From Giardia intestinalis (lineage: Eukaryota): DNA of 64,000 nt. The stretch's first letter is position 1. Each line of letters starts with the position of its first letter. Location: assembly GCA_000002435.2 (NCBI GenBank), contig CM018792.1; one strand, 5' to 3'. A program made the position numbers and the translations under genes. Of this stretch, positions 40,958 through 50,383 are shown in pieces. The notes beneath the pieces are model-generated. The model ran no database searches, had not been told where the DNA came from, and saw only the letters and a list, made by a program, of their open reading frames with translations.

Positions 40958-42136
40958 TCACATTGAGAGCTCTTCGAACAGCCCGATCCCGTTTAAGATG
41001 GTCTGGACCTCCTGCTTATTACCAGTACTGAAGAATGCATCAATGACATCGTCGGGGGTCTGAGGGGTGATGGTCAGGATAGCGTGTGTTGGGGTGTAGC
41101 TCAGTGGAGCAGTTGGTACATCAGGAACAGCTGCAGTGACAAAGTGGACCGGACCAGATTCTACCCGAGTAGCCGAAGAAAATGAAGGCGAGTGCGATTC
41201 GCGAAAATGCAGATCGAGGTCTGGATCGATCTTTTCTGTAAGGAAAACTGTCTGCTGGTGATAGAAGTCGTTTGGAACCTTGCCATTAAGGTTCAGTTCA
41301 GCAGTATCATCGTGAGGAGACGAACTTTGCGGAGATACGCGTGCAATATCAACTATAGGAGGCGATGAACCTTCGGGAGACCGGTTTGCTGGTGAGCGGA
41401 CCTCAAAGTCTAAGTGTACATCCGGTGTGGACAAAGCGCTCCAATGGGCAGGGGCAAGACCGGTTTGATTACAAAACTCAAGAAGCGATGCATCGAGAAG
41501 ATCGTAGACATGTTCGCTTTGGTAGGGGGCCCGAATAATACTGGACTCCTGTGAAGTCCCGCCATTGGCTTCGGAAACGCGAGAAAGACCAAACATCATT
41601 CGGAGCTGGCGGGCGCGTAATGCTTTAGCAGAAGGCAGAGGCCTGCGCGGTGTGATTTTTCTATTACACCGCAGGAGAGCTTGCTCGAGAAGAAAGTGTG
41701 AGGGTGAATCAGGAGATACCACCATAGCAGTTACATATCGTCTGGTCTGTCGGTCATAGCTGAATAGCTCCTTGTACTTAACAATCGCACGGGTCCTTTG
41801 GACAAAAGAGCGCGTCATGGCTGCTTCGCCACGAAACCGTGACGACGCGCCAGATGTCTGAAAACTTGCGCCATAAAGCAGTGTAGGATCCATCAAGACC
41901 CGATAGTACTCCTTGTTGGAAGTGAACGCATAAACTACGCGGGGAGGAAATTCAGGTCCTTGCAGTTTCAGGATAAGGTGGACATCTTCGGTAGTCCGTG
42001 AGTCAATAAGGCGTGTAGCCTGCGGAATGCGCAACAACTCCAAAATGCAAAAGCTTATGCGTTGGAAAGTCAGGCGTTGCAAGTATCTGCGGGAGATGGT
42101 GTGTAAGGCTTTGACCGCAGCCAACACATTGGTCAT
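40958..42136 (-). CDS. Hypothetical protein, 392 aa
   Basis: Clean ORF, convergent with the upstream gene and 30 nt from its stop. No recognisable domain. Confidence 0.5.
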   Translation of the reverse strand: MTNVLAAVKALHTISRRYLQRLTFQRISFCILELLRIPQATRLIDSRTTEDVHLILKLQGPEFPPRVVYAFTSNKEYYRVLMDPTLLYGASFQTSGASSRFRGEAAMTRSFVQRTRAIVKYKELFSYDRQTRRYVTAMVVSPDSPSHFLLEQALLRCNRKITPRRPLPSAKALRARQLRMMFGLSRVSEANGGTSQESSIIRAPYQSEHVYDLLDASLLEFCNQTGLAPAHWSALSTPDVHLDFEVRSPANRSPEGSSPPIVDIARVSPQSSSPHDDTAELNLNGKVPNDFYHQQTVFLTEKIDPDLDLHFRESHSPSFSSATRVESGPVHFVTAAVPDVPTAPLSYTPTHAILTITPQTPDDVIDAFFSTGNKQEVQTILNGIGLFEELSM

Positions 42137-42151
42137 TTTTTGCTTCGGGGC

Positions 42152-42931
42152 TCAAATAATGTCTGAAAGGTCATCGTCAAAGTCACGGGTAGTAGCTCTG
42201 CTTTTATAGGTACCAGCATAATCTTCTGACGGCTCTATGCGTCGATTTGTGGAAGTTAGTAAATCGTCCGCCAAATCCTGTAGTACCTTAGCAGACTGAA
42301 GATTGGTGTTCTGCTCATGCTCTCTTTGGAGGACTCCACCATCCAATGCAAGCCCATGATACCTTCTCAATGAAGGATTGGGTAATTTACCGGCGGCACT
42401 TTTGGTCGTGCTAGCTATAGACCCTAGTGGAATAGTATCCAGGGAGATGGACTGCAGCACAGTAGCAGCGCCGGTCTTCTTGACAGGGGTGATAAATAAG
42501 GGCCTTCGGGATACTACAGAAGGTGTCACGACTGGCTGTGAGGACTTGTCGACGGCGTCAGTGTTTGTAACCGCAGGTGCATTAGTCACTGGCGGGCGTG
42601 TTAGCTTCTTGAATATGCTGACAGAAGGAGGTTTGGGGGGTTCAGATGCTTCAATAGGAGGAATGGAAGAAATAGCTTGGCTTTCAGTTCTTTCGGTTAA
42701 GCTACTCTCGGCGACGCTATCTTGCAGGGTAGGAGTAGCTGTAGGGGGTTTCCTAGTTACTCGCTTAAATATATCTCCCTTTCGCGGCGGCTCTTCTTCG
42801 GTTGTGCTGTGCATCAGTGGAGATGGTTTGTCATTTCCCAAGGGTCCGTCATCATGCCCACTGACAACGGATCGCGGAAGGGAGAAATTGGAATCGGTAA
42901 ATGGAGGCTTTACCCCAGAGCTTTGAGCCAT
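42152..42931 (-). CDS. Hypothetical Pro/Ser/Thr-rich, probably disordered protein, 259 aa
   Basis: ORF between two genes. Low-complexity PPKPPS/TPT repeats. Acidic C-terminus. Confidence 0.45.
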   Translation of the reverse strand: MAQSSGVKPPFTDSNFSLPRSVVSGHDDGPLGNDKPSPLMHSTTEEEPPRKGDIFKRVTRKPPTATPTLQDSVAESSLTERTESQAISSIPPIEASEPPKPPSVSIFKKLTRPPVTNAPAVTNTDAVDKSSQPVVTPSVVSRRPLFITPVKKTGAATVLQSISLDTIPLGSIASTTKSAAGKLPNPSLRRYHGLALDGGVLQREHEQNTNLQSAKVLQDLADDLLTSTNRRIEPSEDYAGTYKSRATTRDFDDDLSDII

Positions 42932-42938
42932 AGAAAAA

Positions 42939-43868
42939 ATGGGCAGAAGATCTCATTCCGACCGCAACCTGTTAAAGCATAAAAGGAGAGCGGAGAAGGA
43001 TTCAAATGGCAACGGCTTAGAACACGATGCTATTACTATTGATGCTGCCATCGAGAAGCCTTCAATCCGAGCTGTATGCAAAGAAATGGCACCAGCTGAT
43101 TCAGAATCCACTTTGAAATACGCTCTAGCAGAGTTGATACGCAAACCAGCTTCTCAGGAAGGCTGTGCTAATTCGTCTTTCACGTCTATTACTCAGAGCA
43201 AATTTGCGAGGACTTTGACATTGGAACATGAGACTACCAGGGCCTCAGTAAAGAGGGAGCAGCGGGAGTGCCTTGGCTACGTCAAGTGCACTTATAGTCG
43301 ACGGAATGTGGCGGCAATAACTGCAGACGATCTGACGGCAGCAGACCCCATGTTAAATGTCATTCACATTTTACACCATAACTGTGTACCAGTGCCAGTT
43401 CACTGGCGGCTACGCAATGGCAGATTCTTGTCCGAGCATGTGCCCAAGTACACAGTCGCTTCGAAACATCAAAACGTGTACCAGATACCTCTATTTGCAG
43501 CAAAGCTCTATAACCCAAAGGATATCTATGCGAGATTCCAGAGGTCGAGCAGAGAAAGTAAGCAGTACAGTGCTTCACAGACTGTTGTCATAACCTATGA
43601 GCATCGTACCAATTGGGTAACTATACCGCTTCTCTCACATGGAGACCTTTACCAAGAAGCGCGCAGCAGTATAATTGGTCGTTCCGCATACTCTCCAGGC
43701 ACCATGTCTGATGAGTTACGTGAAGCATTGAACATGCAGCCAAATGATCCACCTCCGTGGCTAGCCCGTCAAAGCCTATTGCTTAAACCTTCATGGCTCC
43801 AGGATATCTCCATCGCAGCGCTGAACGTATCTGCTCCTAAGCAGGAGACACCTCTGCTGCGCTTCTGA
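42939..43868 (+). CDS. SF3B2 (SAP145)/Cus1-like spliceosomal protein: DUF382 and PSP domains only, 309 aa
   Basis: NCVPVPVHWRLRNGRFLSEHV corresponds to SF3B2 NSVPVPRHWCFKRKYLQGKRG. LSHGDLYQEARSS corresponds to IHGDLYYEGKEFE. PGTMSDELREALNMQPNDPPPWLARQ corresponds to PGDLSDELRISLGMP...PPPWLIAMQ. Confidence 0.7.
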   Translation: MGRRSHSDRNLLKHKRRAEKDSNGNGLEHDAITIDAAIEKPSIRAVCKEMAPADSESTLKYALAELIRKPASQEGCANSSFTSITQSKFARTLTLEHETTRASVKREQRECLGYVKCTYSRRNVAAITADDLTAADPMLNVIHILHHNCVPVPVHWRLRNGRFLSEHVPKYTVASKHQNVYQIPLFAAKLYNPKDIYARFQRSSRESKQYSASQTVVITYEHRTNWVTIPLLSHGDLYQEARSSIIGRSAYSPGTMSDELREALNMQPNDPPPWLARQSLLLKPSWLQDISIAALNVSAPKQETPLLRF

Positions 43869-43933
43869 TCATCATCTCAATAAAGATCAGCCACTCTATC
43901 AACCTAGCACGGGTTGTTCTTCTCCAAGAAAAA

Positions 43934-44182
43934 ATGAAACGGGATGAAGTGCGAAAGAAACTCATGGAGCTTGATATTCGAAAGAAAGAGATCGAGGCGG
44001 AAGCAAAAAGCTATCAGGAGGTGCTGAACGCATACCCGAAGGTGCTGGACGATGAAGGCTTTCCCCTTCCTAACGTCCCCCATGAGCTTGTCGCCAATGC
44101 TAAGCATAAGCTTGTATGTCTCAAGACAGATTACAAGAATATAATGAACGAGATAGAAAGTTATCTGCCCTATGCGTTTTAG
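43934..44182 (+). CDS. Nas2-N / PSMD9 N-terminal-domain protein (proteasome assembly chaperone-like), 82 aa, no PDZ domain
   Basis: KKEIEAEAKSYQEVL...LDDEGFPLPNVPHELVANAKHKLVCLKTDYKNIMNEIESYL parallels PSMD9 RKEEIEAQIKANYDVL...[42 protein letters not shown]. Confidence 0.6.
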   Translation: MKRDEVRKKLMELDIRKKEIEAEAKSYQEVLNAYPKVLDDEGFPLPNVPHELVANAKHKLVCLKTDYKNIMNEIESYLPYAF

Positions 44183-44219
44183 CGTGATATGATGCTATCA
44201 CATAAAAGTAAATCAAAAA

Positions 44220-45872
44220 ATGGCTGTACTTTCTCTTCTAATTGGTCTAGGTTGCGTGGCTCTAACATGGCTTCTTTTCGTCTCTGTCTTGCGGCGGAGC
44301 TCTCCAAGTACACTTCTGCGCCTCAAAGAGTCTGGAGTTAGTGTCACACATAATGGGTTTTCTAAAGCATTTTATTTCAAGTCTATACCTCAGTATAATC
44401 TAACGTTAAGCGTATCACCAGCCAGTGAGAGTGCCTCCAAAAAGAAAGCACGTGCTCTCCAAATCATAAGCACATTGTCAGTCGTACTGGGGACTGCATT
44501 CAGTATTCTGAGCATTGCTGTTATCATCTGGTCCATTTGGTCGTCCTTCAACAAAAAAGAAGTTCCCTACACCCTCACAGTACCGCACTCTAACGTGCTG
44601 ACAGTGTTCCTTTGCCTCTGCAGCGCCGTCCTCTTTCATGAGATGGGGCATCTGCTACTTATGTACAGCACCAAGACACCCATTCGTGGGTTTGAGGTTG
44701 GGATACGGTACTTCATTCCCTTCGTTACAATCTTTGGGGCTTTAAATTCACCTGGATCCGCTTCTGACTCTCAAAAGGAAACCATTAACGCTATAGGCGG
44801 TATTCTCGGAAACATATCCACCTCGTTAATAGCTCTCGCTATAGCATATCTTGTTTCTTACCGAACACGCACCTCAGTTTCTTCCACCTCCCTGTTTGTT
44901 TACTTGGGAGAGGACCCCCACGACATTAGTCCCTATTCACTAGTTCAGTCCGTAGGAAGTACACCAATACACAGCCCAATGGATCTAGATCGTGCCCTCC
45001 GGACGATTGAGGCGCAGTATACCGGAGATTATGGAGCTATTGAGCTCTTGGTGGACAACAAAAACACCTTCTCGTTGGCCGCCGGAATCAGGCAATCGGT
45101 TCAGGCGCAGCTAGCATACCAGAAGAGTGGTGCCCTTGCAGGTGTGGCTGATCTCTGGCCACCATACTCATCATCACAAAGCCTAGGAGGCATACAGATA
45201 CCGTACACAGCTTTGGAAAATATGGAGCCACTACAATGCCACATCCCACAAGATGGGGTCCCAATACTTCTATCCCACTATCACGTGCTTTCAGCGTCTC
45301 ACCTGCTTGTTCTATCTCCCTATGTTATGAACACTTCTCTCCTTTCAACCTTTCTCTCTAGCGACCAGTCCAGCCTCTGTCATTACAGCACAGCAGACTA
45401 TGTCTGCATGTATCCATATTTCTTCGCCAATGACACCCTTAGCGCCAGTGGAAACGGCGTCTATGCACGTTCGATAGTTAATGGTGTTCAGCAAATGATA
45501 CCACTACCAGTTTCTGGCAGTCACCAGACTCTCACCCTCGAAGGGTGGAAAAAGCAATATCAGAGGCAGTTTGTCGCTGTTCCAACGTCTCTAGTGGGCA
45601 CAGCTTCTGATGCCAAAGAGTTGGAGGTAGCGGTTCAACGGATACGAAGAACAAACAAGTTCACCTTTATCGTCCAGATCTTCACAGAAACGAGTGCCGG
45701 CATGGCTATCTTAGCATCACTGGGATTTCCGTTCGGTAGCGACGGCCAACACCTTCTGCGCAACGTCCTACGGAATAAGTCGACTCAAGCAATCGTCCAG
45801 TCAGCCTTTTGGGCGTCCTCGCTGACGCTGTGTTGTTTTCTGGGGCTGAGCACAATATACTCCCTATTCTAA
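44220..45872 (+). CDS. Site-2-protease-like (peptidase M50) polytopic membrane metalloprotease, 550 aa
   Basis: HEMGHLLLMYSTKTPIRGFEVGIRYFIPFVTIFGAL sits in a TM segment and parallels human S2P [34 protein letters not shown]. The distal FPFGSDGQHLLRNVL corresponds to FALDGQWILNSFL (the LDG motif). There are multiple hydrophobic helices. Confidence 0.65.
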   Translation: MAVLSLLIGLGCVALTWLLFVSVLRRSSPSTLLRLKESGVSVTHNGFSKAFYFKSIPQYNLTLSVSPASESASKKKARALQIISTLSVVLGTAFSILSIAVIIWSIWSSFNKKEVPYTLTVPHSNVLTVFLCLCSAVLFHEMGHLLLMYSTKTPIRGFEVGIRYFIPFVTIFGALNSPGSASDSQKETINAIGGILGNISTSLIALAIAYLVSYRTRTSVSSTSLFVYLGEDPHDISPYSLVQSVGSTPIHSPMDLDRALRTIEAQYTGDYGAIELLVDNKNTFSLAAGIRQSVQAQLAYQKSGALAGVADLWPPYSSSQSLGGIQIPYTALENMEPLQCHIPQDGVPILLSHYHVLSASHLLVLSPYVMNTSLLSTFLSSDQSSLCHYSTADYVCMYPYFFANDTLSASGNGVYARSIVNGVQQMIPLPVSGSHQTLTLEGWKKQYQRQFVAVPTSLVGTASDAKELEVAVQRIRRTNKFTFIVQIFTETSAGMAILASLGFPFGSDGQHLLRNVLRNKSTQAIVQSAFWASSLTLCCFLGLSTIYSLF

Positions 45873-46021
45873 TGTTTGCTGGCTACGCTTTGACCTTCAG
45901 TTGAAGTATTGAAATGTAACTAACAGGCACTTGTAAGTGCCTTCATACGGTATATGTACTACATAGATGGCAACCACTGTGACAGAGTAGGACAAGTAAA
46001 TCTTGGATAAATCAAAAAAGG

Positions 46022-49000
46022 ATGAAGCTGCGATATTATCGCCACGTCCGAGACTTCGATTTCCGGATACCAGAGACTATATTTGACAAGGATCCAGTAA
46101 GCCTTATCTTTCTCATTATTAATTTGGTGGATTTCTGTCTCTTTTATGTGTTGCGTGAGCTTCATCCTGATTCCCCGCTTCTAATGTATTTTCTATGGAT
46201 TCCGTTACAAATTCTTATCACCTACGATGCAATCAACTTTACTATCCAGTGCACTCGGTATCACATACGGTTTTTGACGTGGTATTATATTATGTGGACT
46301 GTCTCTAGGATTTCCGCTGTGGTTTCAGTTATAGTGGTGCCCTTCATTCTCAGGGCTGGGGTAAGCCAATTATACCACTATCACATGGGCAGTTTCAGCA
46401 TATATCGAGGGCTGCTTCCCAGTCTCGGTCCAATCTTTCGCATGAAGGAGAGTCATACCCGTTGGGTTAAGGAATATTATATCCCCGACTTTGTCAAGTC
46501 CATAATCCGCATATCGTACTCAGTCGTTGCCTTCATATTTTGCTATGCTGGGCTTTTCCAAATTTTCAACTTTCCCCTTGGGACGTTCTCAATAAGCACA
46601 ATTGATGCAGTTTATTATACTATGGTTAGCATTGCCAGCATAGGCTACGGTGACATCTATCCGACAAATAACTTTTCAAAGGTGGTGCTCTGTCTCTACA
46701 TAATAGCCTTCCTGGGAAACCTGCCTATCTTTGTTAGGAATAGCACAGAAGAGCTGCACGTTACTCGGCTACTACACAAACTAAGGTCAGCCTGCAAAAA
46801 TGGAATTACTATTATTTCCGATCAAAACATATCGTTTGTCTTTCTCCTCAGGCTTATCTTGCCGGCAAATATTCACATTGGCCTGATAGACGTCACTGAA
46901 GACGAGAATCCTCACTTACGCAACACCTGCTACAGCTTCAATAACGTAGGCTACATCAATCTGAACACGTGCGGGGAGAATACAGCAAGGCGGGCGCTAG
47001 ACTATGAATTCCTGGTCAACAGCCTGGTGGGTAGAAGCAGAAAGATTGTCGTGCTGTCTCCAGTGTCATCTTCAACCATGGCGGACAGCACCTGTCTGGC
47101 TATGGCACTCAATTGTGGCAGAGTTGCAAAAGTGGATACACAGTTAATTGTGATGACCCGGGAGGGTGGACGTTCCCAGACACTGCAGTCACACATTGGC
47201 GCCTACCACGAGAATTGCTACATAGTGGATATGACCGACTTTAGTGCAAAGATACTTGTTTTGGCGATACTGTTCCCGGGGTTTGCTACCTTCTTCTTCA
47301 ACATCATGCTCCCCCCTCATGTCTCTTTACATAAACTTGAGAATCGAACGGCAGATTTCTATAATGAAAGAGTAAGGAGAGTGAGAATCCGCACGCGTCT
47401 CCTTTTGGCAAACGCACGAGCAAAGGGTAAGAAGCATCAAAGTGGTAGACGATCCAAGCTATACTGCAAGTCCAGATCAGACGATGTTTTCCCGTCCAGC
47501 TCTCTACCTGGCATGCAGGGGCTTGAGTTCAATAATAGTGCACAGAATACGCTCGATGCAAACCAGCACATGTACTCTTCTCATGTGCGCTTCACGGATC
47601 TGAAAAAGCGATATACCATGGACCTGTCTAGCAGCTCGACCATGTCCTTGTACAAGGAGTACTATCCATGGGGAGTCAATAATAAAGATAGTGATGTGCA
47701 GGATAAAAAGTCGTATGTTCCGAAGGCGTACTCAATAGCTGCACTTAGAGACAAACCAACTGGCCTTGTGAAGAGCCCCTCGTTGCCAGAAATTCCATAT
47801 GACAACAACGCAATCGCTATAGCAGTCTCGACACCCAATCTTGGCACCGTTCTCCCCGTGCCCATCACCCTGGAGACCATGCAAACAGCCTGTGCTGACT
47901 ATTTCGGTAAAGAGAGCCAGCAACAGAGCACATCTTTCTCTAATGTGTCGTCTGTTCCATCTATTGATAATATAGCTGCCCTAGAGACTCGCTACTCGAG
48001 GCGTTCCTTTCAAGCAGGGCGGACAAAGGAGCCCCGTTTACAATTCGAAGCAGCTCTAACCCAGTTTATATCGAAAATAACCAAGTTCCCCACTCTTGAG
48101 TTTCTACGATCCACCATTGACATTCCCGTTTTTGATTTCCATCCCGGCCTGGTGCACGACAATAAGTGGCGTGCATGGCTTTCCTTTGAGCAAAACAAGC
48201 AGGTACACCTATTTCTTCCTGCCATGGTCGCTGCCACTGAGCCGCTGGACACAAGCACGACATTTAGCTCAAAATCCAATAACTATCCATCTAAATCAAA
48301 GTACTTGCGCAAGAGCTCTATCGACCTGGAAACTATGGTGCGCAATTGTGGGGCGGATACCACTAGTGACCGCTTCCGACCCCTTGCTGTAATAATTAAC
48401 AAGCGTGTTCTTCAGCGTAAAGAAGATGATTGCCTCAACTATGAGGATACATTTGTCAAGAAGTGGCGCTTCACTAATCAGCTTTTTAAGTTCGACATTT
48501 GCTGCAATCTGCACGAAGGACTCACGATGGACAAGCCTGATCTGCTGGGCATTACTAAGCGGTTTCCGATTTATGAAGTCAAGCACAACAATGAGCAAAT
48601 ATGGAGCAAAACTTCTAAGATGACATCCGCAAGTAAGGCCATATACTCTCTCAAGCAGCTATCTGCACACCTCCCCATTGCTGAGCAACCCAGTGAGTTT
48701 CTAGGCGATATGTCCAGTATGCTATCATTGTCAAAGATTGACGAGCTGTCCATGCAAAGTGCCCAGACCAATATCCTTTCACCGCCTACGTTACTGAATA
48801 GAGTCTCTCTGAACGCCATGTCACGGGCTTACTCTCCTGATGCAGAGTCTTCAAAACAAATACCACCTATAGACAATTCACTTGAACAAGCGATAGCTCC
48901 GCCAGAAAACCCTGTGAACCCAGTATCTAATACCACAGGCCTGAAAAGCATTCTGGGGAAGAAAATCTCAACCCTAATGAGTGAGTACATTGGGGTACTG

Positions 49001-50272
49001 AATCCACAATTTGACGATTTTGTAATAACTAGCACAATAATGAATCATACACTATCCTTGGGTGCACTGCAGCAGGTTAAGCTATCGGCCAGGAACGTCA
49101 GCTCACTTGGACTTATTATATTAAATGACCTAGATCCAAAGCTTTTTTATGCAACAATGTTTATGCTCATGGATCTTCAGAAGATAGATAGCATGGTGCT
49201 AGTGTTTGACTGTGTGAGCGACGAGATGATAACTAAATACCGGGGCATGTTGTACAAAATGGCATCTAAATTGGTTGAGCGTGTACGCTGCTCCATGCCC
49301 AAGAAGCAGACTCTTTGTAGGGCACCATTCCTTGAGCAAGCATATTCTAGCAGGGCTGTGCTGTCCATGCCGTACCGTCAAGCCTCCGTCGCCCATGTCA
49401 ATCCAACCGCTGAGCACAACCTCGATTCATCTGGTACCATGAAGCTTGACATGTGCTTCGGAGATGAACAGATGAGCTCGTCTCAGGAACACGAGATAGA
49501 TGCTGAGTGTGTGGGACACTCGCAGACTCTGTCACGTGAGCTTTATGTTGTTAACCAAGAGGATACGATCTTGACGTATGCCTTACCCAGTGAAGACAAG
49601 GACGGCTACCTCAGCGAAGGGAAGTCAAAGACTTTCACCATCAAAATGTTCGCCATTGACTCAACAATCCCCGAAGAATTGACTGACATAGGATTTGCAG
49701 ATCTCGACAGGGCCATGATCGTGAACCCGCTCGACAACTCGGTGGCAACAGAGGGTCATCTGCTCCTTACAAAGTCTGCATGTGAGATGATAGGCCATAC
49801 GGACGTGATTGTCTACTCCTTAGACGTATATAATACGCTAATGCTTCACGATCTTGGATTTGGTGACAACTATCGATCCGGATCCTTCATTCCGAGCATC
49901 GAGGCCATCCTCACAGGCACATTTATTCAGTACTCTGAGAATGCACTGACGGCGCTAATGCTTATGAACAAAATTTACGCTTACAAAGATTCCGTCATTG
50001 TCTACCAAGTGTTATTCGACGATCGTACACATACGCATACAATATTTGCCAGTACGCGGGGAGCGAATACCCTCAACAATATCAAGAATAGACGCTTTTC
50101 CCAGCGAGTGTTGACTGTGGAGGCCCTCCAGAGCTTTCTTGGCGGATGCGGACTGGAGGTCCTCTACTACAGCATATGCGGATGCATCCTTGTTGCACCG
50201 GAGCCTAGCTTGTTTGTCGAGCACAAAGACTTCATTGTAGCATATAGCGTTGATTTATTTAAACAATTTTGA
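46022..50272 (+). CDS. Potassium-channel pore-domain protein with a very long cytosolic C-terminal extension, 1416 aa
   Basis: The N-terminal ~230 aa carries TM helices. A pore helix plus selectivity filter is present (TIDAVYYTMVSIASIGYGDIYPTN). A further TM helix follows (VVLCLYIIAFLGNLPIF). The remaining ~1150 aa has no recognisable domain. Confidence 0.65.
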   Translation: MKLRYYRHVRDFDFRIPETIFDKDPVSLIFLIINLVDFCLFYVLRELHPDSPLLMYFLWIPLQILITYDAINFTIQCTRYHIRFLTWYYIMWTVSRISAVVSVIVVPFILRAGVSQLYHYHMGSFSIYRGLLPSLGPIFRMKESHTRWVKEYYIPDFVKSIIRISYSVVAFIFCYAGLFQIFNFPLGTFSISTIDAVYYTMVSIASIGYGDIYPTNNFSKVVLCLYIIAFLGNLPIFVRNSTEELHVTRLLHKLRSACKNGITIISDQNISFVFLLRLILPANIHIGLIDVTEDENPHLRNTCYSFNNVGYINLNTCGENTARRALDYEFLVNSLVGRSRKIVVLSPVSSSTMADSTCLAMALNCGRVAKVDTQLIVMTREGGRSQTLQSHIGAYHENCYIVDMTDFSAKILVLAILFPGFATFFFNIMLPPHVSLHKLENRTADFYNERVRRVRIRTRLLLANARAKGKKHQSGRRSKLYCKSRSDDVFPSSSLPGMQGLEFNNSAQNTLDANQHMYSSHVRFTDLKKRYTMDLSSSSTMSLYKEYYPWGVNNKDSDVQDKKSYVPKAYSIAALRDKPTGLVKSPSLPEIPYDNNAIAIAVSTPNLGTVLPVPITLETMQTACADYFGKESQQQSTSFSNVSSVPSIDNIAALETRYSRRSFQAGRTKEPRLQFEAALTQFISKITKFPTLEFLRSTIDIPVFDFHPGLVHDNKWRAWLSFEQNKQVHLFLPAMVAATEPLDTSTTFSSKSNNYPSKSKYLRKSSIDLETMVRNCGADTTSDRFRPLAVIINKRVLQRKEDDCLNYEDTFVKKWRFTNQLFKFDICCNLHEGLTMDKPDLLGITKRFPIYEVKHNNEQIWSKTSKMTSASKAIYSLKQLSAHLPIAEQPSEFLGDMSSMLSLSKIDELSMQSAQTNILSPPTLLNRVSLNAMSRAYSPDAESSKQIPPIDNSLEQAIAPPENPVNPVSNTTGLKSILGKKISTLMSEYIGVLNPQFDDFVITSTIMNHTLSLGALQQVKLSARNVSSLGLIILNDLDPKLFYATMFMLMDLQKIDSMVLVFDCVSDEMITKYRGMLYKMASKLVERVRCSMPKKQTLCRAPFLEQAYSSRAVLSMPYRQASVAHVNPTAEHNLDSSGTMKLDMCFGDEQMSSSQEHEIDAECVGHSQTLSRELYVVNQEDTILTYALPSEDKDGYLSEGKSKTFTIKMFAIDSTIPEELTDIGFADLDRAMIVNPLDNSVATEGHLLLTKSACEMIGHTDVIVYSLDVYNTLMLHDLGFGDNYRSGSFIPSIEAILTGTFIQYSENALTALMLMNKIYAYKDSVIVYQVLFDDRTHTHTIFASTRGANTLNNIKNRRFSQRVLTVEALQSFLGGCGLEVLYYSICGCILVAPEPSLFVEHKDFIVAYSVDLFKQF

Positions 50273-50383
50273 ACAAGACTTCCCGAATTAGAACTTCAAA
50301 TTAGACTTCTCGATTAGCACATCGACCATACGGCTTTTGATACTGTAAGATTTGGGCTTAGAAGAAGAGACCTAGCGTTATCT

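Noticed and set aside
39159-40961. Two long antisense ORFs (214 and 376 aa) inside the ankyrin/coiled-coil gene
   Set aside because: These are a GC3-rich sense-strand artefact. The reverse complement of E/K/L-rich coiled-coil codons lacks stops. The translations are Leu-rich and low in information content.
42378-42926. 182-aa plus-strand ORF
   Set aside because: It is antisense to the 42152..42931 gene and is Gly/Val/Ser-rich, as expected from the complement of Pro/Thr/Ser codons.
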